Positions 14,391 to 28,499 of a DNA stretch of 64,000 nucleotides are shown here, piece after piece; position 1 is the first letter of the stretch; every line of letters starts with the position of its first letter. The position numbers and the translations under genes were made by a program. The stretch comes from Octopus sinensis. Taxonomy: Eukaryota. The notes beneath the pieces are model-generated. The model did not search any database, had not been told where the DNA came from, and saw nothing but the letters and a program-made list of their open reading frames with translations. Location: the NCBI RefSeq assembly GCF_006345805.1, contig NW_021833909.1, positions 7,102 through 71,101 of the forward strand. Direction: 5' to 3'.

Positions 14391-14914
14391 AATATCCCAA
14401 GTCGAATATTCAAATTTTACTTTGCACGGAGAGGTGAAAGTGTCGTTGAATAATATTAATTTAGAAATTATTTAATCTTAAATTAAAAAGAAGCAAAAAT
14501 AAATTTAAATGTTAATGACCTTTTCAATTAATCATTTGATTTAATTTCCAGATTTCAAGTGCAGCAGAATATTCTGGAAAGTTCCACAGTTTAAACTTTA
14601 ACCTCCACCGTCTCCATACGTTTATGACTTGATCCGCTTACAATTTAATAACAAACAATTTTTTAATGAATAATTCGTTTCCACACTCACACACGCACAG
14701 ACAGACGCACACACACATACACATACACACACACAGAGAAACACACACATACAGTAATATCTCAGTGCGGGTTTTGATACGCGTGTACATAATTGTGTGT
14801 ATGTGAGTGGTTATAAATGACTAAATATATTAATATAACTGTATATACTCACAGACACACACATGCACACACACAAGTATGTATTTTAATAAATACTTAT
14901 ATATATATATTCTT

Positions 14915-15005
14915 TTTATTCTATTATTCTTTTATTTGTCTCAGTCACTTGATTGCAGCCATGCTGGAGCACCACCTTTGCTCCATTAAATCGACCCCAG
15001 GATAA
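14915..15005 (-). mobile_element. SINE family B 3' tail fragment
   Basis: CAGTCACTTGATTGCAGCCATGCTGGAGCACCACC is a degenerate reverse complement of the family B tail at 63520-63555. Confidence 0.6.
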
Positions 15006-15109
15006 TACTTATACTATCGTTATACTATCGCCGGGACCAAGCAAAGGTCCTGGAGCAGTTAACAGATGAAGAGCTCCCTGCTCCACTATTGGAGGGAGAG
15101 AGGGAGGAA

Positions 15110-15340
15110 ATTAAAGCAGAAATCGACCTCATAAAGTTCAGGAAGTCTTTGGACAAGTTCCTTCATGAAACGCTGGATGAACCTCCTACGTCCGGATGTG
15201 CCTCAGTACTCTACAGCAACTCCCTACTCGAATGGAACATGTTCTCTGATTCCTGATTTCAATGACTTCGCCAGGTGGTGCTTTTTAAGTTAGAAATGGC
15301 CTTCGACAATACCGGCCGAAACCTATCAGCGTATCAAAGA
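15110..15340 (+). mobile_element. 3' end of a CR1-type LINE (ORF2 C-terminus plus 3' UTR)
   Basis: Translates IKAEIDLIKFRKSLDKFLHETLDEPPTSGCASVLYSNSLLEW*, resembling the FK..LDKFL..IPD.P...Y...NSL C-terminal motif of CR1-group ORF2. Confidence 0.6.
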
Positions 15341-15424
15341 ATAAATATATTGGCATTTTCTGTTAATTAAAAAAACAGCCTGTTCGTGAAATGAACGTGC
15401 AATTCCTGAATAATGCATAGAAAT

Positions 15425-15625
15425 GAGTAAACGTAACGTAGATTAAGCGTCACGAAGAGTGTCACAATGCTGGCCCCTTGAATTACAGATACAACCATTT
15501 CTGACAGCTGAATGGAGTGAATGAACGTGGAGTAAAGTGTCTTGCTCAAGAACACAACGGTTCACCATGAATCGAACACACAAGTTTACGATAGTGAGCC
15601 GCATACCGTAACCACTATTCCACCC
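15425..15625 (-). mobile_element. Diverged tRNA-derived SINE fragment
   Basis: Reverse of a tRNA-like head (GTGGTTACGG...GTTCGATTC) plus TGTGTTCTTGAGCAAGACAC. CTGGCCCCTTGAA segment is shared with the family C copy at 62020. Confidence 0.55.
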
Positions 15626-16408
15626 GCCTCTTCACGCACACAACACACAGACATGTGTATGTATTTGTTTGTGTGTGTGTGTGTGTTTGTGTGTGAGTGT
15701 GTCTTTGTGTTTGTGTCTGTGTAAAATTTATAAGGAAGATGAAATGAACAATCTTTAATCCAAACGGTGGTGGGGACAATTTATTTTGTTTTAGAAACAT
15801 TTCTCAAAGACTGGTATTAATAAATCAACTGTGATGCCACCCGAGTCCAGCCAAAATTGAAGTTAATGAACGAGTAACAAACAAGTTCGCTGGCCGATGG
15901 CCTGGTACCCCGCTGCGTTAGCAAGTTGACCATGCGCAAATGATTTCCTTTCAAGTAGAGCACTTACAAACACGAGATAAGGAATTCTTCGATCAATAAT
16001 TACAATCATTCACAACAGTTCTTTGTTCATCTATCTTCATAAAGTCACGACATATCTCTGCTAGAAAATGGACGGAATAAGCGGTTGTGTATTTTATACT
16101 TTTGATTCTTGCTTTTATTTTCATTAATTTCTTCTGGTCAGTTTATTTACTTTATATTTTGCGTCTTCGACTTTTATTTTTCATTAATTTATTTTCAATA
16201 CTATTTCCTTTTATCATTTGTATTTCTGTCTGTCGAATGTTAAATCTATGATCTGGATATAAAATATTGGTGGTCCAAAGAACACTATGTTATGGAGTTG
16301 TAATCACAACATCACCGGTTGTTAAACGGTGATTGTGAGGGACAAACCAAGACACAATGACGCACACACAGGCACACACACATATATATGATATGATATG
16401 ATATATTA

Positions 16409-16468
<60 letters not shown>

Positions 16469-16497
16469 GTATATATATATATGTATATATATATATG

Positions 16498-16551
<54 letters not shown>

Positions 16552-16608
16552 ATATATATATATGTATATATATATATATCTATATATTAATATATATAAT
16601 ATATATAT

Positions 16609-16644
<36 letters not shown>

Positions 16645-16759
16645 ATATATAATATATTATGGTATATATATATTATATGTATATATATATATAATATTAT
16701 ATAATATATATTATGTATATATATATATGTATATATATATATGTATATATATATATATT

Positions 16760-17030
16760 ACGGTTGTGGCTGTGTGGTAAGGAGTTTACTTCCCAATCAT
16801 ATGGTTCCGGGTTCAGTCCCACTGCTCTGTACTTTGGGCAAGTGTCTTCTGCTATAGCCTAGGGCCGAGGCTATGTATGTATTCATGTATGTGTGTCTTG
16901 GTGTCTGCGTTTGTCCCACAGCATCGCTCAACAACTGATGTTGGAGTATTTACGTCCAATAGAAGCAGTCCTAGGCTTACAAAGCATAAGACCTGGGGTT
17001 GTTTATTATTCGTTTTTTCGACTAAAACAC
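16760..17030 (+). mobile_element. SINE family B (CORE-like), internally deleted
   Basis: GTGGCTGTGTGGTAAG A-box, GGTTCAGTCCC B-box and TTGGGCAAGTGTCTTCTGCTATAGCC, matching 63140-63240. Confidence 0.8.
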
Positions 17031-18710
17031 GAATCTTTTCCGTTTGTCGGCCAAATTTCAGTCTCTTCATTTTCCATCCGAATTGATTTCATATGCGGTG
17101 TAATGATATAAATTTATGTGCTAATCAATGCCATGGAAATTCTTTGTCGCCATAAATCAATAAATAAGGTGTTTCAGCTTTTAAAATTTCCAAAGTCTGA
17201 CTAATTTTAGCTAATCATAATTCGCGGAAACATTGATGCCTGTTTGCGACCAAACATGACAACACTTTTGTCAGCGACACAACACGCGTTCACAAAAATA
17301 TTCTACACGAATGCTTGTACGTTGATGCTGTTTTTTCTGCTTGTGCCCATTTGCTGCTTGTACCCTGTTTGAAAGGTGCACTAAAAGTAACAGGCCTTAA
17401 AACACGGGGCTTTAATCATGGCCTCAAATCACGCACCGCACTTAAATTTTTGTCCTTATATAATCGTATGAATTGCCTAGCGTAGGATACAAATTTGCTA
17501 AAAGTTTCTGAAATTTCTAAAATATATAAAAGTTGTGTAGGGGTCCAATGTCGTGCGTAAAGCAATTTACATTGTCATATTAAAAAACGTCATACACAAA
17601 GTGGCAAATACCTAATCCTGTTTTCTTGTTGGGTAAAAATTATCAAACTTTAAACCTCCAGTACTTTAAACATTTTTTTACTGAGCTTCCTCTTGGAAAC
17701 TACATCAATACACGAAATTTAAAAATTTTCAATAAACTTTGAAACTTCGACTGCTGTATCCAAACAGAAAAGATTCCAAAACCATTCAAGGCCGTATTCC
17801 ATCGTGTTTGAAACAGGAAAAGAATATTATACATATTATATATAGCTATTCTATATATATATATATATATAAATGTATATAGATACATAAAATAAATACA
17901 TACATACATAACACACCATACTCAACACACACACGCACACATATATATATATATATATATACACATAAATATATATACATGGTCTCAGTTTCCATCTACC
18001 ACATAAAGGCTTTGTATTGTCTGAGCCTATAGATAACATAAAAATGGTACTGAACCCGGAACCATGCGCCTACGATGCAAATTCTTACCTCACTTCCAAG
18101 CCTCTGTCTATATCTATCTATTTGTGTATCGCAAATGTCTTAATAATGAATAATGTATAAGAACAATACAGTTAACTTATTCTCTTAAATTTTTTTTTTG
18201 CATAATATCAAATACTTACGTTGCTGTCTATGAGTGAAATATTACATTGTAAATCTAATAACAAAAGCTTAAATTAAATAACAATGAATTATAGATGTTT
18301 CGATTAAGGTTAAATGTCAGGATCAAATGTTAAAGGCAAATTCTATTGTAATTTGAAGGACCACGTTTTTCTCATTGATCACATTATGCCATAAGTTCGA
18401 ATTTTCTGCATTTCAAAGAAATATATAAAAAGGGAATAAGATTGCAAAACCATAAAGAACGAATGAAACGCGTCTTCCCCTGAAGTCCTTAACAGAGAAT
18501 AAAGGTTTGGCAAGGTTTTTATCCCCCAATAAACACGCTCATACACACGTATAATGTGATACACAGAAGCATACAAATGCAGTATGTCTGTCTATATGTC
18601 TGTGTGTCTGTTATTTAGGTACACACATAGGTAAGTTAAAGTAGGCTACATTATAGAAATACATAGATATATACATACACCTACAGTTTCACATAGATGT
18701 GTGTGTGTGC

Positions 18711-18754
<44 letters not shown>

Positions 18755-18929
18755 CGTAAGGTGTACTAGCCATCTGAATGTGGCTAGCCACTGGGGGTGG
18801 GGTGTTACTGATGCTTTTAGCCCCAGGCGATCAACGTTGTACACCTTACGTTGTCGAGCGGTTACTGTTTATATCTCGTTCAGAGATTTATTAATGCTAT
18901 ATATATATATTATATATATATATAATATA

Positions 18930-18961
<32 letters not shown>

Positions 18962-18974
18962 TATATAGTTGAGA

Positions 18975-19100
18975 TGTATAGAAAAACAAGACAAAGATAG
19001 TTGTATGAATAACAAGCAGGTTTATTAGCTTCACGCTCCGGGAAATGAAAAAGATTTTACGTTTCGAGCCTATGCTCTTCAACAGAAAGGAATTAGAGAA
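18975..19100 (-). mobile_element. Penelope-like terminal repeat remnant (copy 1)
   Basis: Minus strand CTGTTGA-A-GAGC-ATAG-GCTC-GAAAC-GTAAAA. Flanks are homologous to 20785-20945. Confidence 0.5.
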
Positions 19101-19927
19101 AATTTACAGAGACTAAAAAAAATACCTGTAGCTTTATCGGTCAGCATGGTGAATGTTTAGGAAACGAGTTGAAAGAAGAGGTTGAAAGAAATGGAGATAA
19201 TAAAGTACTGGTGATTCCAAATATAGATGCGCTCGCGCGCGTGTGTATGAAAGAATGGTGTGTGTGAGTGTGTAATTCTGTGTGTTTGAATAGCAGCTAG
19301 TGACTTTCACATGAGCGAGTATGTCCATGTGTATGTGTATGCGTTTGTGACGTGTAGCTGCTAAGGTAATGGTGTGTGTGTGTGGAGACACTATTGAAGA
19401 TTGTGTGTAGGTGTGTGGATGATGGTATGTGGGTGTTTGGGTGTGTGGATGATGGGGTATAGTGTGAATGCTGGGAAGTGGTCAATGCTAGTGTGTGTGT
19501 GTGTAGTAGCGTGGGGTGCGTGGCGGTCGTGATGTGGGGTGGTGAGAGGTGGAGTTGAGAGACGTATATTCATACGGAGGAAATAGAGAGAATGAAAGAA
19601 ACGATCAGATTGAAGTAGCTTTGCACAAGATTTCACACAAGGTTTATTTAGCACGCATGCGTGCGCGTACACAGCTTTCTATATATATGTATATATACAC
19701 AGAGAGGAAGAGAGACTATAAATATATGTGTATATATATATACATATACATACATATACATACATATACGTACATATACATACATAACAATATATATATA
19801 TATATATTTATATTATATATATATATAATATATATATATCTTATATATATATAAAATCTATATTATATATAATAATATATATATATTTATATATATATAT
19901 ATATATATTAATAAATATATATATATA

Positions 19928-20002
<75 letters not shown>

Positions 20003-20639
20003 TATATATGATTTAAGGTTACATTTACATGTAACTTTATGCAGAGAAATCTGTGTGCGTGATGATGAAAATGACGTCGCACGTCCGTGCGACAAAGCAG
20101 GATAATATCTTCTTTGCATATCTCAGAACAACGTTACGTAAATCAAGAACTCTATGTGCCTTGGTGTATATTCCACAATGAAACGCATCGTCATTCAGCG
20201 CATATTCGAAATAAAAAAACTAAACAACGACACCAGTTGTACTTGCGTGACCTAAATCACATTTGCTACAAAGATACAATGAGCGTTAGAACTTGCGCTG
20301 ACTTTTGTAGCTTATTTCCGACAACAGGGCACGCATTTGTTAAGGTGTCACGTGCGAACAAATCTTTTCTTTTCCTTTCTTTCTTTCGCTTTTGTCTGTC
20401 TCTTACCGACTCACTTCTAACTACGAACCTAATCTAAGCTATACTATTTGTTATTTTACACATGTATATATATATTTAATACTTCGCAGTATAATCTATG
20501 TCGCTTAGAATTTTGCCTTTTCATTTCTCTATTTCCCTGCATTTAAATGTTACTGATTCAGAATTAGTTAACTTTACCTGTTAACTAGTTCTAAGTTAAC
20601 TAGTAAAGTGGACAGACTTGGTATGGGGAAGTCGGAAAG

Positions 20640-20686
<47 letters not shown>

Positions 20687-20688
<2 letters not shown>

Positions 20689-20752
20689 TACTCTACCTCT
20701 GGTATTTGAGTACTCTTTTTTCCACCTTGTTTCACATGTATGTGCTTTATCC

Positions 20753-20789
<37 letters not shown>

Positions 20790-20945
20790 CGGGAAGGTTT
20801 ACGAAAATAAACAAAAGACGAAGGCAGGTGGAGTACAAGCAAACAAATCTATTAGTATGGCACTCAGGAATAGAAATAGAATAAGTCTTTTACATTTCGA
20901 GCCTACGCTCTTCGACAGAAAGATACACAGAAAAAAAAAACATGG
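20687..20945. mobile_element. Penelope-like terminal repeat remnants (copy 2)
   Basis: Minus strand CTGTCGA-A-GAGC-GTAG-GCTC-GAAAT-GTAAAAGAC at 20885-20918. The plus-strand segment at 20687-20750 resembles 7090-7125. Confidence 0.5.
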
Positions 20946-20985
20946 AGAGAAACAAGGAGAGAAAAAAATGCATATATAGATATAG

Positions 20986-21016
<31 letters not shown>

Positions 21017-21519
21017 TTAATATATTGTGTATTTTGTAACGGAAAGAAATACTAACGCCATCTGTAATACTGGACTCACCACCGTTCCTCCACCACACAC
21101 ACATAGCGACACACAGACGCGCACAAGACAAAAGAGCGACAGATAACCTACTGTTACGCGAAATGGTAGTAGTTAACATCGATTTCTTTAGTGGAGAAAA
21201 AAAGAGACGAAACAAAATGATATGATTCAGTATAGAATATAAAATTCCTCTGTCTGGAAACGTCAAACCACCAGGATAGCAATAATTAACGATTAGTTTT
21301 ATTTCATTACCTACACATGCCATATGTGAATATTAATTATCTTGCAGACATTAGTAAAGAACATCTATTATATCTCTTGATAGATTTTCTAATAATTCCT
21401 AGCTTAATTCAGATTAATTCTTGATCTATCTTATTTATGTGTCAGTTTGTGTCTTTGTCCGTCTGTCTATCTGTCTAACTGTCAGTCTCAACACCTCCCT
21501 CTCTATGTATGTATGTACC

Positions 21520-21968
<449 letters not shown>

Positions 21969-22331
21969 CCATTTATCTCATCGTACATATATATTCTCTA
22001 TGTATCTAGCCATGTATCTATATCAATATTTTTTCCGTATCTTTCTATCAACGGGAGGCACATAGACACAGTGTTATGCAAAAAGGAGAAAAAACATGAG
22101 GAAACTGTTAGATAATGCGTTACTATGTATTTATATAATATATATATATATATATGTGTATGTGTGTGTGTGTGTGACTTTGAGAGGGCAGGTATACCTA
22201 TATCTGCGTGTATACACACACAAACATATAAAAGTGCGTGTATATATGTACTTATACATACGTATCTACATGTTTATCTCTCCATGTCTTCTCTCTCCCC
22301 ATATACATATGCATGTGTGTGTGTGTGTGTG

Positions 22332-22399
<68 letters not shown>

Positions 22400-23108
22400 A
22401 ATATATATGTACATTTATGTCTGTACGCGTGTGTGTGTCTGTGTGTCTGTGTGCATGCGTGTGTTTGTCAGTTCACGCATTAATATCGATCAAAATATAT
22501 CTATATTTCAGCTGAACATTTTTTGTTTTTTTTATGGCAGAAATATCCTGTAGCGTTTATTGGTTATAGTAATTATAAGCAATCTTTTTACAGGGTCTAT
22601 TGATTTATTAGCTATATTCTTAATAGCTTTCTAATGAACACCTATCGTAATATATCTATTATAACTTGCTACATACTCTTATGTACGTGAATGTTTTATA
22701 GATACATGGAACTTATCAGAGTGAACGCAATATTTAAACTTTACACGCCAGGCTATAAGTATGTGTTTTGGTTCTGTTATGTTTTTTGCTTCTCTTTCTT
22801 CGCTTCGGTATTCTCGGAAATAACACGATGTTTTAACGGCCTTATAATCCAGTTTGTCTTTAATTTGTTTAATTTATTAAAGAGCAGCCATACAGGTGTA
22901 CCGGCTTAACCAATTATGGTTGAATGACTCGAACCCAGAGATTATAAATTTTTTTTAAGCTTGGCACTTATTCAATCATACTCTATTGCCAAATCGCTAT
23001 ATTACGAGGACGCAAGCAAACCAGCAAACAAACTCATCTACCCAGAGGTATACACACACGCTCACATCTATCTATCTATCTATCTATCTATATCTATCTA
23101 TCTATCTA

Positions 23109-23163
<55 letters not shown>

Positions 23164-24084
23164 ATATATATATATGTAAAGGGGGAGAGCGAGAGAAAGG
23201 GGAAACGTGTTTATCGAATTTCTGTCTACGAAATCCACTAACAAGACCATGATCAGTCCCAGGCTACAGTAGAATGTGCAACGCTGTGGAACTCAACCAA
23301 GAAACATGTTATTGGGTGGCCAATGTCTGACCACATTTGCATATCTGCGCCGTTTTTGATAATATAGTCTGAGATTTTTTTAATTAGTTGTAACAAAATA
23401 TTTTCTCCCACAATTGCCGTGGGTTTTCGGTTCTAATTTCAGGAGATACAGACGTAGGAAAAAAAATAACAAACAAAGATATGAGAACGAATAAAGAGAG
23501 ATGGGTGTTGTCTCTACCTACAGAGACTTACATTATACGAAGCTGAGTTGGATTACTCAGTTTACAAGTTAACTGAAATTAGCTGAAATTTCGAAGCAAT
23601 TTCTTTGTAGATACTGCAAGAATGGGAACGTATTATTCATTTAGGAATCAAGCATGTGCTCGTAGACGAAATAAATCACGAAGTAGTAAGCGATAAAAAA
23701 TATTTTGCCGTCGTTTTATGTTCTTGTTCAAAAATCGAAACTGCAAACGATGTTGTAAAACATAGTCGAACAGTTATAAAATAAGTCAAGAATCAAAACT
23801 CAAAAATCGAATGTCATTTATTATTGTACTTGATTCAGTTATTAGACTGTGTCCATACTGGAGTACTCCTTGGCAGGGTCTGTTTAACAAATTGGCTCCA
23901 GTAATTATTCTGTTGGCCGATTTTGCCGAACGACTAATTAACGAGGATATATACAGAAACTATCGGTTGTGGAGACGTGGAGAGAGTACAAAAGACTTCA
24001 CGACACACACATACACAAATACACACACATACATAATACACATACATAATACACATTCATTCACACGCATACACACACACATTT

Positions 24085-24483
24085 CTTTTATTTTACCTCT
24101 TTCATTCGTCTCACTGTGGCCATAATGTAGCACCGCATTGAAAGGTTTTAATCCAAAATGTTGACCCGAAGACTTATTGTTTTATAAGTCTAGTACTTCT
24201 TTAATAGGTCGTTTGCCGAACCGATAGCTTACGAGGACGTAAACGCACCAGTACCGGTTGTCAGATGATGACGGGGAGACCAAACATAAACAAAAAGACA
24301 ACACACACATACACACAGATATATATACGACGGTCTTCTTTCAGTTTCCATCTACCAAGTCCACTGACAAGTCTTTGGTCGGCCCGAAGCTAGAGTAGAA
24401 GTAACTTACACAAGGTGCCACGCAGTGGGGCTGAACCCGGAACCAAGTGGTTGGGAAGCGAGCTTCTTACCACACAGCCACAT
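24085..24483 (-). mobile_element. SINE family B (CORE-like), near full length
   Basis: Colinear reverse match to 63131-63575, including head (GTGGCTGTGTGGTAAG...GGTTCCGGGTTCAGCCCCACTGCGTGGCACCTTG), internal TA/CA tract and tail. Confidence 0.85.
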
Positions 24484-25644
24484 GTATATATGTACGCACA
24501 CATACACACACACACACACACACACAAATACACACACATGCGCAAGCATACACACATGGTGGGCTACGATATATTTGCCATTTACAATATTTCCTCACAA
24601 TCATTGGTCAGTCCAGACCTACAGCAGAAAACACTGCGGATGTAGTAGTGAAGCTAACCCGTGAGACGCACAGACGTCCCTGCACTTCTATAAAGAAGAA
24701 ACAAAGGTAAGATGAGTTTTTTCGAACGATTAATGGCATAGACATTTTATATAAATCAGGTCTTCAAATACAAAATAAAATAGAACAATTTAATACAAAA
24801 GATAAAAGATATTATCTAAAGTAATAAAGTGATTAAATTTAGGTGGAATAATCTTGATTAGTCTATAAGCTTTGTTCTGATTTTAGAGGAGTATCTAGAA
24901 TTGTGTTATCTTAGTGTACAGAACTGAAGTTATCAGCTGAAATAATTGTTCTTCATAAATAGTTAATTAGATTCCAGAATTCGGGCATAAACAAATTTTT
25001 CAGACATTTGACGGATTAACTACTTGTTAATTAATTGCAGGCGACATACATCACTGTTCTCATTTTCTGTTCGGTCGTTTGCGTTCGTGATTGAAATGTC
25101 GGCTTTTAAAAAGCGGAATTAGTCGAGACTAGAAGAAAGTAAAGAAAACAAAATTTCAATTTAGAATTATTTAGCGTCCTGAACAAGTGAACAATTTGTG
25201 AATAAATGAAAACAAATGCCTCCAGATGTTACTGATTCATTCATCGCTGATCCGAGATAAAACGGTACGCACGTTTGTTAACCGTGTTAAGCTTATAACG
25301 CATTAATCTGTGACAATATGTGTAAGCCGCCATTGAACTATTCTACTGATAGCACAAAGTTGTGCCCCAGGAACCACTCGCACGTCTCAGATACCCAGAT
25401 GCACAAACCATCGCTTGAGTTTACACGACAGTACTGTGAAGCTGCGTATTTATTACACGAATTTATATAATCAGACGTATGAACAAGGTTCCCATGAACA
25501 GAAAAATATCATGGCGCCCGATCCTATGAAACAATGAAAACTAGTGTTTACTAGAAACGTTACAAAAGATCAAGACAATAGTTGGAAGTGGAAGATCGTT
25601 TATCGTTTATAGAAACGCATTTTTAAATAACAGGGTCTTTTTTT

Positions 25645-26230
25645 CTGAGACGGGACCGGACGCCATTACCGGACTGAGTGCATGATGTTGAATGTTTCCG
25701 ATAGGTAGCCAGTCACCCGAAATACTCAGCAGTTGGCGCTCTGCATTGCGGAGATACAGCCAAATGACCTGGAGCTGAAACCAGCCACCGTTAAGACGGC
25801 CGCCAATTATTATTGGCCGACACCATCGAAGGTATTTGATTGATCCACATTGATCAAGACCCCACCAATGCCAACTTCTTTATCCACTCTGCCCATGAAA
25901 AATCGCATGAGATGGAGGTTGGCGTGGATGGATTTTTTAGAGATGGTGCATGATTCCGTGTCACCAATCAGTTCCATGACAAACGCCAACACTTTGGTAA
26001 AATCTGACCCTCAGTTTTGAAGTCTAATATCAGTAGAATTAGGGGTCTAAAAATTGCTAGTTGATTCTCCTTGTCTAGGACCTTTCTCAGCTGTGCTGTT
26101 GCTCCTCCACAAAAGAACAAGGAATTTTCCTGTTCACAGCTAGTTGCGATAGATATCTGTGAAATGACAGACAAAATAATCTGGCATATATAACTAAAGC
26201 TCAAAGCTCACAGAGGAGAAACAGTTTGAA
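25645..26230 (-). pseudogene. L1/Tx1-clade LINE reverse transcriptase fragment
   Basis: Pieces FRPLILLILDFK (cf. YRPITLLNTDYK), SIHANLHLMR, LINVDQSNTFDGV (cf. LDQEKAFDRV) and VTGYLSETFNIMHSVR*W.P (cf. VRQGCPLS). Frameshifted. Confidence 0.85.
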
Positions 26231-26873
26231 TCAGGTAGTTTTCCCTTTAACTCGCAACGTTTTGGGTTCAAATACTTCCGAGTTAAGATTTGTTTTTCAT
26301 CAATTCTGTTTCGATAAAATACCGTACCTGTCAAGTATTGACGCTGAAACATTCGAAATCCCTCTCAATCATTAATGCGGCAGATCTGTGCCAAACATAT
26401 ATATATTTTTTCTTTTTTCATTTCTAAGATCTATTGTTGTATGTGACTAAGTGAACCAGTCTGGAAAAAACTGATCAACGAGGCATTTCGTTACCATTGT
26501 AACCACTACCTCCATTTTTATAAGATGAGCGATTATATTATGTACTGGTTAATATGTTTAGCAGGGCGAGCGACATTTTGGAACCACCCTTGTTAGTTGG
26601 AAATTGCATCAATCCCCTCTTGCCTTATTTTCTTCATATCAAACAGATATACAAGGGAAGATTTCAGTCCAGGACCAAATTATCAAATCTTATCAGATTG
26701 GGCTGGGGTTTCTAGCAAATTAATCTACACGATAGATTCCCGTTCGTTAGAAACTAACTTCATAAGTTTTCGGTCTTGCCGACTGCGCGCACACAATGGC
26801 GAGACAGGTTTATTGGAGAAGTGGTGAGCAACAATGAATGGAAAAGGAAACACAACACTTTTATATAAGTACA

Positions 26874-26911
<38 letters not shown>

Positions 26912-27021
26912 TATATATATATATATATATATATAGTTATGTATATATATATATATATTGTTATGTATATGTATATATATATATATATCTATATATATAT
27001 ATATATATTGTTATGTATATG

Positions 27022-27071
<50 letters not shown>

Positions 27072-27809
27072 ATATATAGTTATGTATGTATATATATACA
27101 CACTATATATATATATATATTAGTATATATATATATATATATAAACATTAGTATATATATATACATACATAAATACATACATATATATATAGATATATGT
27201 ATATATATATATATATAAACACACACATATGTATTTGTAAATGAATATATATACATATATATAGATGGATATATATATATATATATACATATGTGTGTGT
27301 GTGTAAAAGAGAGTGTATGTGCCTGTGTGTGCCTGTGTGTGCATGCGTGTGTGCCTGTGTGAGTGCTTCGAAACACCAATGACGACAAAAAGTTTATTCT
27401 TATGTAATCAATTTCCTAAATGTCTGCGTGTAGAACTTCAACATCCTGGTAGAATAATTGGCTTTATCAGAGAATCAGAGATCACGCAAAATTTCTTTTA
27501 GGAGATATAATTAAAATAAAAGCCACTGATAACACCATGAAATGCTAACCATTTCTATAGATACAGCTATATCCTTATTTTAATTTCTAATTAATTATTT
27601 GCCAGTGGTTCTATATAGAAAGATAATATTTTCGAATAATCATGGCGCCTCTGGGTTTATGAAACGGAAGAGAATAACTGTATATTGTAAGATGTATTCT
27701 TAAATGAATTAATTTTCAGTAGAAAGTATTGGGTGTATTTAGGAAGCTCGAGGTCGCCAAAACTAACTATATGATTTTATGTGCGCATATGTATGCTTCG
27801 TAGACTATG

Positions 27810-27825
27810 TATGTATGTATCTATC

Positions 27826-27922
<97 letters not shown>

Positions 27923-27950
27923 ACTATCTATCTATTATCTATCTATCTAA

Positions 27951-28001
<51 letters not shown>

Positions 28002-28020
28002 TTTCCTATCTACCTATCTC
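27810..28020. repeat. (TATC)n microsatellite
   Basis: Direct reading. Confidence 0.95.
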
Positions 28021-28499
28021 TCTATCAATCAAGCTATGTATGTTTATATGTATGTGTCCATGTATCTATCTATATTCCTTTCATTTTCTCTATTTCTATC
28101 TCTCTATTTCTCAATATCTCTCTGTATTTATCTCTATATTGTAAGCAGACACACACAGACTTCAAATACACACCCTAATTCGTCTAATCTAGCCATTTAT
28201 TAGAATTACAGTTCTCAACAACTAATTTCAAATTAGATGGGGTTGCGAGCAATGTCGATTTGAAATAAATAACATGAAATAACGAATCGCAAAGTTTTAA
28301 TATGTTGGCATATTAAATATTCAATATACGGTAACCTTTATGGCCGTCTAATATTATATGTGACATTGCACTTCTCAGCCGGTGTAAATAGGGACAAGAT
28401 TCCTTGCAAAGCTTGAATAAATAGGTGCCTTTGATGAGCGGTTTAAATCAGGAGAACTATGATTAGTATAGTATGAAAGCTACACCGACGCAGATAAAC

